Notes under the pieces: generated by a model | Database searches by the model: none | What the model saw: only the letters and a program-made list of their open reading frames with translations | Told to the model about the DNA's origin: nothing | Translations under genes and position numbers: made by a program | In this document: piece by piece, positions 26,101 through 34,291 of the stretch | Numbering within the stretch: the first letter of the stretch is position 1 | Layout of the letters: each line of letters opens with the position of its first letter | DNA from: an uncultured Myxococcales bacterium | GTDB taxonomy: Bacteria > Desulfobacterota > Binatia > UBA1149 > CAITLU01 | Length of the DNA stretch: 64,000 bases | Direction of reading: 5' to 3' | NCBI GenBank assembly: GCA_964476185.1 | Contig: CAYYZO010000006.1 | Location: 16,529-80,528, forward strand

Positions 26101-26787
26101 ATGGCCGATCTCGACCTGAGCCGCGACGGGGACGTGTTCGTCCTTCGCATGAAGAGCGGTGAGAACCGCTTCAACCCCGATTTCATCGCCGCGATGAACA
26201 CCGCGCTCGACGAGGTGGAGGCGGCGCGCGGCGCGGCCGCGCTCGTCACGACCGGCGACGGCAAGTTCTACTCGAACGGCCTCGACCTCGACTGGCTCTC
26301 CCAGCAGGAGCACGCGGTCGCGATGAAGTTCCTCGCGACCGTCCTGCAGTTGTTCGCGCGCGTCGTCGCGTTCCCGATGGCGACCGCCGCGGCGTGCAAC
26401 GGCCACGTCTTCGCCGGAGGAGCGATGCTCGCGCTCGCGCACGACTGGCGCGTCATGCGCCGCGACCGCGGCTTCTTCTGCCTGCCGGAACTGGACCTCG
26501 GCATGCCGCTGCCGATCGGCATGCGCACGCTGATCAAGGAACGCATGAGTCCGGCGGCCTTTCGCGACACCGTGCTGACGGCAGGACGCTTCGGGGCCGA
26601 CGACTGCGTGCGCCTCGGCTTCGTCGATCAGGCGGCCGACGAGGCCGACGTGCTTTCCGCCGCGATCGAGCGCGTGCGGCCGCATGCCGGCAAGAGCCGC
26701 GACGCGTACCGCGCGCTGAAGCGCGGCATGTATGCGGAGATGATCGAGGACCTCACGGGACCGCGCGCGGTCGCGATTCCGCAATAA
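26101..26787 (+). CDS. enoyl-CoA hydratase/isomerase family protein
   Basis: VFVLRMKSGENRFNPDFIAAMNTALDEVEAA...CNGHVFAGGAMLALAHDWRVM is a crotonase fold. The product is 228 aa. Confidence 0.8.
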   Translation: MADLDLSRDGDVFVLRMKSGENRFNPDFIAAMNTALDEVEAARGAAALVTTGDGKFYSNGLDLDWLSQQEHAVAMKFLATVLQLFARVVAFPMATAAACNGHVFAGGAMLALAHDWRVMRRDRGFFCLPELDLGMPLPIGMRTLIKERMSPAAFRDTVLTAGRFGADDCVRLGFVDQAADEADVLSAAIERVRPHAGKSRDAYRALKRGMYAEMIEDLTGPRAVAIPQ

Positions 26788-26823
26788 CCAAACCAGGCGG
26801 CCGGCAGCGGCGCAGCGGCGCTG

Positions 26824-26862
26824 GGCGAAGCCCCGGCGCGGTTCACGCGCCGGGGCTTCGCC
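26824..26862. terminator. perfect 17-bp inverted repeat hairpin (bidirectional terminator-like) between convergent genes
   Basis: GGCGAAGCCCCGGCGCG - GTTCA - CGCGCCGGGGCTTCGCC lies between the crotonase stop (26787) and the Cys-rich gene stop (26883). Confidence 0.5.
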
Positions 26863-26882
26863 GTTCGCGGCGACGATTCGGG

Positions 26883-29291
26883 CTACGGGCAGCCGCCCAC
26901 GCCTGGCGTGTACGCCACCATCGGGTCCCCGGCGCATCGCAGGCTCAGCGTGGTCTGCTGGACCTGGCGGACCAGCCCCGGGAGGCCGGCCACCGCGTTG
27001 ATGCCCAGGTTCGAGGTAGGCGGAACGCAATGGCTGCCGGCGAGTAGCGGCGCGGTGGCGCTGGACGCTCCCGTAGCGACGACAGGGTCGAGGAAGCACG
27101 CGCGTCGCTCGACGATGGTGCAGTCGCCGGCATCGATGCCGACCGTGGCGGGGGTGCAGTCGTCGTTCGTCGAGCACGCGAGAATCCCGCGGCCGTCAGC
27201 TCTTGTGACGCCGTCGCAGAAACGGTCGTCGGGCCCGGTCGTGCACTGGCCCTCGCCGCCGCCGAGATCCGTACAGAGAAGGTCCTCGCAGTCGTTGGGA
27301 AGCGGATCGACGCCGAAGCCTCTGCTGCTGCAGGTGGCGGGCTCGCAGGAACCGAGATTCGCGTCCTGGCAGTCCGCGTCCACGCTGCACGGCAGGGACA
27401 GCAAGCCCGTGCAGCGATGCAAGGCCGGGTGGCAGGTGCCGACGTCGACGGTAGCGCAGTCGGCGTTCTCGTCGCATTGATGGAGGGGGGCCGCGGCGCA
27501 GCCGCCTCGCAGCGCGGCGCAGTCGGTGTCACCGGCGCAAGCGACCGAGGGGTCGGAACTGCAGAGCAGGCACGGACAGTCCAGGCCGGCTCCGGTTCCG
27601 GGACAGGACAGGCCGGAGGCGTGCGAACTCGCCCCCGTCTTCTGCGACAGGTTCAGCTTCAGCCCGGATCCGCTGACGTTGAGGCCGGCGGACGGCAGGC
27701 AGTCGAGGCTGTACCCGCTTCCGCCTCCACCTCCGGCAAAGGCGGGCAGCGAGGCATTCGCGCCCAGGACATCGCAGGACAGGCCGTTGGACTGGCCGCC
27801 CACGCATGTCCCGCCGCGAAGTCCGTCGCCCGCGACCGGGTCGAGGTCGCAGGAGCCGCCGGGGCAGTCGAAGTCGCGCTGGCACGTGGCGGCGGGATTG
27901 TTCGAGCAGGTTCCGCCGCAGGTCGGACAGGGCGCTACCGTGGTCGAGCCGAGGTAGATCCTCGAACTCAGGCTTGCCTCGAGCACGACGTCTCCGGTGT
28001 CCACGTCGATCGAACCGTCGGGGTGCTCCGTGATCCGGTCGACGACGCAAAGGGGAGTGCCTCCGAAGCTGAGCGGCGCCGGCGGGCCGGCGTAACACTG
28101 GCAGGCGCCGCTGCCCGGGCAGTCGTCCGAGTGCGGAGCGAACGGGTCGTCGCAGACGATCCGCGGATCGTCGATGCAGCGGCAGTTGCCGGGGGCCGGG
28201 TCGAGCGCGACGATGTCGCACGAACCGCACGTCGGCCCGGCCGGTCCTTCGCAATACAGCCTCAACCCGAGGCGAACGCCGTCGTTGGAGTCGGATTCGT
28301 GGCCGAGTCCGGTCCAGCCGAGGTCCACGTCGGTGACAGAGGTGCAGTGGCCCAGCGTCTGGTCGCAGGTGCGTGGGGCGGCGCAGTCGCCGTTGTCCGA
28401 GCACGGCACCTTCGTGTCGCGGGAGAGCAGGACCAACTCTGCGCTCCCGGGGCAAGCCGGATCGCCGACCGGGATCGTGGTCGGCGTCGGCAGCTGGAGC
28501 AGCTCTTCGACGAAGACCTTGCCGCCGTCGTCCAGTGTCGACACTACGCAACTCGCCAGCAGGGAAGGATCGGTCGCTCCGCCGCAAGAGTCGAGGTCAC
28601 CGTCGGGCAGGACCTCCGCGCACGGACCGTTCAGGATGCTCTCTTCGACCTTGGCGCTCGCCTCGCTGAGAAGAGCCGGATACTCGGCGTCCGTGCATTC
28701 CGTCACGGTCACGGCGCCGGCCTTCTCGGCGTCGGACTGGCACTTCGAGACGCTCCTGAGGATCGCGTCGAAGAAGCGCGAGCTGCTCTTGGTGACCGAG
28801 CGGTGGCACTTTCTCGAAGGGGTCGCGAGTGGCACGGCGGGATCTCCGTACGCGGCGTCCGCCAGTTCCTCGATGCGCGACCGGTTCAGGCATACGAGGC
28901 ATTCTGCCACCTCGTCGAATCCGGTCAGCGCGGGGACGGTTACGTCGCATGGCGCCGGACACTGCTGGAACAGGACCGTCGATGGGAGGATCCCCTCGCA
29001 TCGGGCCGTGACGTTCTGCACGAACTTCGCTTCGGCCTGCGGGAGCTTGTCCTTCAAGTCGGCGGTCGCGGGGGAGTTGCAGTCGAGCGCGCCGGCGCCG
29101 GTGTTGCGGTAGTGGTGGCAGTCGGCGATGGCGCGCATCGTCGCCTTGGCGAGTTTCGCTCCAGCCTTGGCCACGGTCGACCGGCAACGAAGCTGCTCGG
29201 GACTGAACTGGCCGAAGGCGGTTCCGGGGGATCCGGGCAGGATCGTCGTGAGGACGATCATGGTAGTGAACAACAAGGCGGAACGACGCAT
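26883..29291 (-). CDS. secreted cysteine-rich protein, paralog of 12199-13815 with different N-terminal module; function unknown
   Basis: Signal peptide MRRSALLFTTMIVLTTILPGSPGTAFG, with an AGGAG RBS before ATG 29291. About 70 Cys. The C-terminal 350 aa align with the 12199-13815 protein (DLGWTGLGHESDSNDG... / DVGWTGLSHDYDTDDP...; ...CTIVERRACFLDPVVATG... / ...CTLVERRDCFLDPIVTQG...) and both end in YTPGVGGCP. Confidence 0.75.
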   Translation of the reverse strand: MRRSALLFTTMIVLTTILPGSPGTAFGQFSPEQLRCRSTVAKAGAKLAKATMRAIADCHHYRNTGAGALDCNSPATADLKDKLPQAEAKFVQNVTARCEGILPSTVLFQQCPAPCDVTVPALTGFDEVAECLVCLNRSRIEELADAAYGDPAVPLATPSRKCHRSVTKSSSRFFDAILRSVSKCQSDAEKAGAVTVTECTDAEYPALLSEASAKVEESILNGPCAEVLPDGDLDSCGGATDPSLLASCVVSTLDDGGKVFVEELLQLPTPTTIPVGDPACPGSAELVLLSRDTKVPCSDNGDCAAPRTCDQTLGHCTSVTDVDLGWTGLGHESDSNDGVRLGLRLYCEGPAGPTCGSCDIVALDPAPGNCRCIDDPRIVCDDPFAPHSDDCPGSGACQCYAGPPAPLSFGGTPLCVVDRITEHPDGSIDVDTGDVVLEASLSSRIYLGSTTVAPCPTCGGTCSNNPAATCQRDFDCPGGSCDLDPVAGDGLRGGTCVGGQSNGLSCDVLGANASLPAFAGGGGGSGYSLDCLPSAGLNVSGSGLKLNLSQKTGASSHASGLSCPGTGAGLDCPCLLCSSDPSVACAGDTDCAALRGGCAAAPLHQCDENADCATVDVGTCHPALHRCTGLLSLPCSVDADCQDANLGSCEPATCSSRGFGVDPLPNDCEDLLCTDLGGGEGQCTTGPDDRFCDGVTRADGRGILACSTNDDCTPATVGIDAGDCTIVERRACFLDPVVATGASSATAPLLAGSHCVPPTSNLGINAVAGLPGLVRQVQQTTLSLRCAGDPMVAYTPGVGGCP

Positions 29292-29504
29292 GGGCTGCTC
29301 CTTTTCACGGCGGTTTCAGGGCGGTTGCCGGACGAACCGACCACGCGAGCCCCCGTTGCCTCGCGAGAGTGCTCCCCCTGTAGCGCTGCGGTCGTCGCAA
29401 TGACAAGGCATTTCCCGCACTTCCGTGAAAATATTCACTCGATGCAGGAATGAACGTTCCGTCGTCGTTCGCGATTCGTCCCGCGTTGGCAGCGGCCTGC
29501 GCGG

Positions 29505-30440
29505 TCAGCGCTGATGGACGAGGGCGAGTCCGGGCACCGGGCTGCGAGCGTGCAGCACGTAGTCGACCGCGATGCTGCCGATGTAGAGGTCACGCAGGTC
29601 CGCGCCTCCCCAGCTGACGTTGGTCGGGTGGTTCAGCACCGCGCCGTCGGGATCCTCGAGGATCGTGACGACTTCTCCGTCCGGACGGATCGCGACGACC
29701 TTGTTCGCCGTGACGAGCGTGACCCACAGGTTGCCGTCGGCATCGAAGCCGCAGCCGTCGGTCAGCCCGAGCGTGCGCAGCACTTCGACCGGAGGAAGGC
29801 CCTCCGCGAGCGCCCCTTCGGGAATGCGCGCGCCGAGCAGGGGGCCGTACGGTTGGGCGGGTCCGACCGAGCCGTCCTGGTGGATGGCATAGCGCAGGAC
29901 GTTACAGCCGGTGGTCTGGCAGACGTAGACGTGCGACTCGTCGGCGTCGAGTGCGATGCCGTTGGCGAACTGGATCCCCTTGGCGACGATCCGCGCGGAG
30001 CCGTCCGGCGCGACCCGGTACAGGAACCCGTCGCTGCGACCGTCGAGCGCGGCTTCCCACGGCTCGGCATCCGTCGAGTTCGTGCACCAGATGTTGCCGC
30101 GGCTGTCGACGATCGGGTAGTTCGAGTGCCGGAGCCGGACGCCGTCGACCTCGGCGACGACGGTCGTCACTTCGCCGGTCGCCGGGTCGAGCCGCTGCAA
30201 CGGCCCGTCGAAGAAGTTCGCGATCAGGATCGTGCCGTCGGTGTCCATGTTGATCCCGTTCGGCGCCCCGCCGGCGCTGCCGACGCGTCGCAGGCTGCCG
30301 TCGGGCAGGATCTCGGCGCAGGCGCTCAGCTGGTCGGACGCCCAGACGCGACCGTCGCGCGAGACGACGACGTCTTCCGGCCGCGCGAGTCCGAGGCCGA
30401 TCTTGCGGACCGAGGAAAGGGGAATGGGCTGCAGTCGCAT
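29505..30440 (-). CDS. SMP-30/gluconolactonase/LRE-like (SGL) six-bladed beta-propeller protein
   Basis: Repeated ...DG.I..A.. blades (PNGINMDTDGTILIAN; ANGIALDADESHVYV; GCGFDADGNLWV). AGGTGA RBS before ATG 30440 (MRLQPIPLSS). The upstream 38 codons of the track ORF are discarded. Confidence 0.7.
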   Translation of the reverse strand: MRLQPIPLSSVRKIGLGLARPEDVVVSRDGRVWASDQLSACAEILPDGSLRRVGSAGGAPNGINMDTDGTILIANFFDGPLQRLDPATGEVTTVVAEVDGVRLRHSNYPIVDSRGNIWCTNSTDAEPWEAALDGRSDGFLYRVAPDGSARIVAKGIQFANGIALDADESHVYVCQTTGCNVLRYAIHQDGSVGPAQPYGPLLGARIPEGALAEGLPPVEVLRTLGLTDGCGFDADGNLWVTLVTANKVVAIRPDGEVVTILEDPDGAVLNHPTNVSWGGADLRDLYIGSIAVDYVLHARSPVPGLALVHQR

Positions 30441-30628
30441 CGGGTCACCTCGCTGGAGGGCCATTGTTGCAGATGGCCCGGCTCTACGGGAAAAGGCGGC
30501 GTGTCGCCGTTCGATCACGAAGGCATTGCCGGGGACAGCGCCCCCCGGGACCAAACGAGCCGTTTCGGACGGCGGCGACGGTCCCCGGGCCGGCCCGCGC
30601 GTCCGGCCGCGCGCCGAGGAACTCCACG

Positions 30629-30991
30629 ATGAAGGACGAGGACGCCACGACGAGGCCGCCGAAAACCTACGATGCGTTCGTGCGCGAGTTTCCGCACCTC
30701 GGCGAAGCCTGGGAGTCCATGCGCAAGGCGGAGGAAGAGGGGCCGTTCGATGCGCGTGAGCTTCGCCTTCTCAAGCTGGCCGTAGCGATCGGCAGCGGGA
30801 AGGAAGGGCCGGTCCATTCGGCCGTGCGCAAGGCACGGTCGGCCGGCTGCACCGACGGGGAGATCCGGCACGTGGTCGCGCTCGCGGCCAGCACCATCGG
30901 GCTTCCGCCGGCGGTGGCGGCCTATTCGTGGGTCGTCGAGGAACTCGGCAAACCCGCCGCGCGTGCTGGGAAAGGCACGCGCGAAGCTTGA
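30629..30991 (+). CDS. carboxymuconolactone decarboxylase (CMD/AhpD-like) family protein
   Basis: MKDEDATTRPPKTYDAFVREFPHLGEAWESMRKAEEEGPFDARELRLLKLAVAIGSGKEGPVHSAVRKARSAGCTDGEIRHVVALAAST. GAGGA RBS upstream. Confidence 0.7.
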   Translation: MKDEDATTRPPKTYDAFVREFPHLGEAWESMRKAEEEGPFDARELRLLKLAVAIGSGKEGPVHSAVRKARSAGCTDGEIRHVVALAASTIGLPPAVAAYSWVVEELGKPAARAGKGTREA

Positions 30992-31221
30992 CGGTCGGCG
31001 GTGCGCCGCGTACAACCGCCGCTCGCCATGTTCACCGCCCTTACGAACTTCGCAGTCTCGCCCAAGCGCATGCCCTGGCATGTCGCCACGGCGTTGCGGT
31101 TCGTTTGAAGCGCTGAGCTCCAGGAACCGCAACCCTTCGCCGAAGCCGGCTGAAGGTCGAAGCGGTTCTGCTCCTCCCCCCGCTTTCTCTCTTCGGTCCG
31201 GCTCCGGCGCGGAGAGAGACC

Positions 31222-32430
31222 ATGCGACCGATGACCACCGCAGCCGCGGCCCCGATTCCCCTGACCACGGGCGACGCCCGCGTTCGCCTGTGGACGCCTG
31301 CGTTCGTGCGCCTGCTCGTCGCCGGCAGCGCGTACGGCTTCGCGTTCTCGAGCTTCCACTTGATGCCGAAGTTCCTGGCGACCGAGTTCGCCGCGTCTCC
31401 GTCCGCGATCGGCTGGGCGGCGGGCGTGTTCGGGATCGCGTCGGTGCTCGCGAGCGTCGTCGTCGGCGCGTGGATCGATCGCGTGTCGCGCCGCCGCATG
31501 TTCGCCGCGTCGGCGTTCCTGCTCGCCGCGACTGCGATCGGCTTTGCCTTCGTCGACCGCATGGGGCCGTTCGTCCTCGCGCTGCGGGCGCTGCAGGGCA
31601 TCGCCTTCACGATGCAGATGGCGTCGTTCTCGACGCTCGTGGCGGAACTCGCCCCCGCGTCGCGCCTCGGGGAGGCCGTCGGCCTGGCCGGCAGCAGCAT
31701 GCTGATCATGAACGCGGTGGCCCCGGCCGTCGACGAACCGCTGGCGCGCGCCGCCGGCTGGTCGTCGGCGTTCGTGCTGGCCGCGGTGGGCGCCTTCGCC
31801 TCGGCGGTCCTCGTTCTCGAGAACGGTGCGAGTCGTCGCGAACTGCGCAGCGGGGGAGGGTCCCTCGCTGCCGTGCTGCGACGCCCGGCGACCCGCGTGT
31901 ATTGCGCCGTCACGCTGCTGACGGCGATCGCGTTCGCGACGATGTTCACGTTCCTGCAGCCCGCGGCGCTCGAGGCGGGCTATCGCGACGTCGGGTCGTT
32001 CTTCGTGTCCTACGCGGTGGCGGCCTGCGCGGTGCGGCTGCTGGCGGGCTGGCTTCCGGATCGCTACGGCCGGCGGCGTGTCGCCACCGGCGCCCTCGTT
32101 CCGTACGCCCTGGTCGTCGCGTACGTGGCGGCCTGCGGCCCGACATCGCTCGTCGCGATCGGAGCCGTGTTCGGTCTCGCGCACGGCGTGCTGTTCCCGG
32201 CGCTGAACGCGCTCGCGATCGAGACGACGCTGGTGGCGGAGCGCGGACGACTGCTGACGGTGTTCGCGGGCACCTTCAACCTCGGCGCGTGGGGCGGCGC
32301 GGCCGCGCTCGGGCCGGTGGTGGAAGCGTTCGGATACTCGTCCGTGTTCGGGATCGGGGCCGCGTCCGCAGCGGGAGCGCTCTTCGTGATCGCCCGCAGT
32401 CGCGGGTTCCGTTTGCCGGATCCGGAGTGA
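31222..32430 (+). CDS. MFS transporter
   Basis: 12 predicted TM helices; MFS motif region GAWIDRVSRRRMFAASAF; a second half repeat GWLPDRYGRRRV. Confidence 0.85.
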   Translation: MRPMTTAAAAPIPLTTGDARVRLWTPAFVRLLVAGSAYGFAFSSFHLMPKFLATEFAASPSAIGWAAGVFGIASVLASVVVGAWIDRVSRRRMFAASAFLLAATAIGFAFVDRMGPFVLALRALQGIAFTMQMASFSTLVAELAPASRLGEAVGLAGSSMLIMNAVAPAVDEPLARAAGWSSAFVLAAVGAFASAVLVLENGASRRELRSGGGSLAAVLRRPATRVYCAVTLLTAIAFATMFTFLQPAALEAGYRDVGSFFVSYAVAACAVRLLAGWLPDRYGRRRVATGALVPYALVVAYVAACGPTSLVAIGAVFGLAHGVLFPALNALAIETTLVAERGRLLTVFAGTFNLGAWGGAAALGPVVEAFGYSSVFGIGAASAAGALFVIARSRGFRLPDPE

Positions 32431-32458
32431 CGGGGAGCGCGGCCGGGCTCAGCCGGGC

Positions 32459-33286
32459 TCAGCCGGGCTCGGCCGCGCTCTCGGCGCTGCGCGCGAACAC
32501 CTCGCGCGCGGCGTCGAGAGCGGCCGCGTCGACGGTGAAGCGCAGCGAGCCGCAGGTCTCGGAGCAGCGGGCGGCGTAGCGAACGTCGTGGAAGTACGAC
32601 GTCACTTCGGCGGACAGCGGCATGACTTGCAGGCCGGGGTCCCACCGAACCGGGGCGCCGCTCGCGTCCCGCACCGCGCCGCCGGCCAGCGCCAGCGTCG
32701 CGTCGGCCAGCGACAGCGCGCCGAGGTCGCGCAGCAGAGCCTCGAAGCGACCCTGCTCGACGGGATCGAGGAACAGGAACAGGCGCGAGCGCCAGAAGAT
32801 CGCCGCGTCGTGGAAGAACTTCGGAAGCGCCGCGACGCCGTTCTTGCCGAGCTGCCGCGCGATGCGAACCGCCACGCGGAACGCGAGCCGTAGCACGCCG
32901 AGTCCGGGGTGTTCCTGGAGCGGGAGCCGCTCGTGGCCGGCGTCGAAGCTCCTCGCCGGGTCCTGCTCCCGCAGCCAGTAGACGACGACGAGGTCGAGGT
33001 CGGGGAGCACGGGGATGTCCTCGCGCGCCGCTGCCGGGCGCGGCTGCGCGCCGGCCGGAACACGAACCTCGCTCAGGCAGGCGTCGAGAAGCAGCAGGCG
33101 CGCGTCGCCCTTGCACGCGAACAGGCGCGCGTGGGTCAAGGGGCCTTCCGACGCGTCCAGTTCGAATGCCGGATCGCGATAGCCCCGCCGCGCGATGGCG
33201 GCGAGCACACCGGCTTCGTCGAACAGCCGAAGAAGATCGTTCGCGCCGAGGCTTCCGAGCAGCAGCGGCTCGCCGGTCGCCGTCAC
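32459..33286 (-). CDS. hypothetical protein (conserved-looking, no recognisable domain)
   Basis: GTG 33286 overlaps the HDAC-like gene stop as GTGA, suggesting translational coupling. The upstream part of the 490-aa track ORF is Arg-rich frame noise. Confidence 0.45.
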   Translation of the reverse strand: MTATGEPLLLGSLGANDLLRLFDEAGVLAAIARRGYRDPAFELDASEGPLTHARLFACKGDARLLLLDACLSEVRVPAGAQPRPAAAREDIPVLPDLDLVVVYWLREQDPARSFDAGHERLPLQEHPGLGVLRLAFRVAVRIARQLGKNGVAALPKFFHDAAIFWRSRLFLFLDPVEQGRFEALLRDLGALSLADATLALAGGAVRDASGAPVRWDPGLQVMPLSAEVTSYFHDVRYAARCSETCGSLRFTVDAAALDAAREVFARSAESAAEPG

Positions 33287-34197
33287 GACGGCGCACCGAG
33301 CAGCCAGGAGAAATAGTTGCGGTAGATCCGCCAGCTCGACGGCCCGTAGCCGCCGGCCATCACGACCGCCGTCGGGATGCCGCGGCTTCGAAGCTGCCGC
33401 GTCACGAAGCGGTCGCGGGCGAGCATCCCTTCCTCGCTGACGAGCGCGTCGCCGAGGGTGTCCTCGACGAAGGGGTCGCTTCCGGCGAGATAGAACGCGA
33501 GGTCCGGCTGGAAGCGCCCGAGCACGCGGGGCAGCGTCGACTCGAGGGCGTCGAGGTACTCCCGGTCGCCGGCGCGGGGCGGGAGAAGGACGTCCTCGTT
33601 GTTCGTCTTCTCGACGAAGCACCAGGGCACGTTGTGCAGCGAATACGTGAAGACGCTCTCGTCGTTCGCGAAGATCAGCGCGTTGCCGTTGCCGTGGTGG
33701 TAGTCGAGATCGACGATCAATGCGCGCTCGAGCCGCTGCTCCTGCTTCAGGACGCGGATCGCGATCGCGACGTCGGCGATCGCGCAGAAGCCCTCGGCCT
33801 TGTCCGGCTGCGCATGGTGGAACCCGCCGCCGAAGTTGATCGACGTCCCGCCGGTCTCGAGCGCCGATCGTGCGGCCGCCAGAGTCCCGCCGGACGCGAA
33901 CAGGAAGGGCTGGAGCAACCGGTCGTCCCACGGGTGCTGCGGGTCGAGAAGGAGGTAGCCCGCGAGCGTCCCGGGATCCTGGATCGCGGCGACGTACCCG
34001 GGCGTGTGCACCAGCTCGAGCTGCTCGTTCGTCAGGGCGTCGGCGGCGAGGAAGTCCTCGCCGACCGCGGCGCCCGCGCTGACGAGCGCATCGCGGACGC
34101 GGCGCGGGCGCAGCACGTCGAACGTGTGCCGCAGCCCTGCCTCGAGGACGTCGTAGATGTACTCGTCGCGGTAGAAGAGGGTGGGCTTCGCGTTCAT
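33283..34197 (-). CDS. histone deacetylase-family (arginase/deacetylase fold) protein, AcuC/HDAC class
   Basis: MNAKPTLFYRDEYIYD...HTPGYVAA...SINFGGGFHHAQPDKAEGFCAIADVAIAI...IVDLDYHHGNGN...YLAGSDPFVEDTLG contains the Zn/active-site blocks. Confidence 0.8.
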   Translation of the reverse strand: MNAKPTLFYRDEYIYDVLEAGLRHTFDVLRPRRVRDALVSAGAAVGEDFLAADALTNEQLELVHTPGYVAAIQDPGTLAGYLLLDPQHPWDDRLLQPFLFASGGTLAAARSALETGGTSINFGGGFHHAQPDKAEGFCAIADVAIAIRVLKQEQRLERALIVDLDYHHGNGNALIFANDESVFTYSLHNVPWCFVEKTNNEDVLLPPRAGDREYLDALESTLPRVLGRFQPDLAFYLAGSDPFVEDTLGDALVSEEGMLARDRFVTRQLRSRGIPTAVVMAGGYGPSSWRIYRNYFSWLLGAPS

Positions 34198-34291
34198 CGC
34201 CGTCCCCCGGGTCTCCCGGTGGCGGCGATCGGACCGCGGCGGGGCGGGGGATCGCTCGCGGGTGAGGCGAGCGCGGTGGTCGAAGCGGGGA

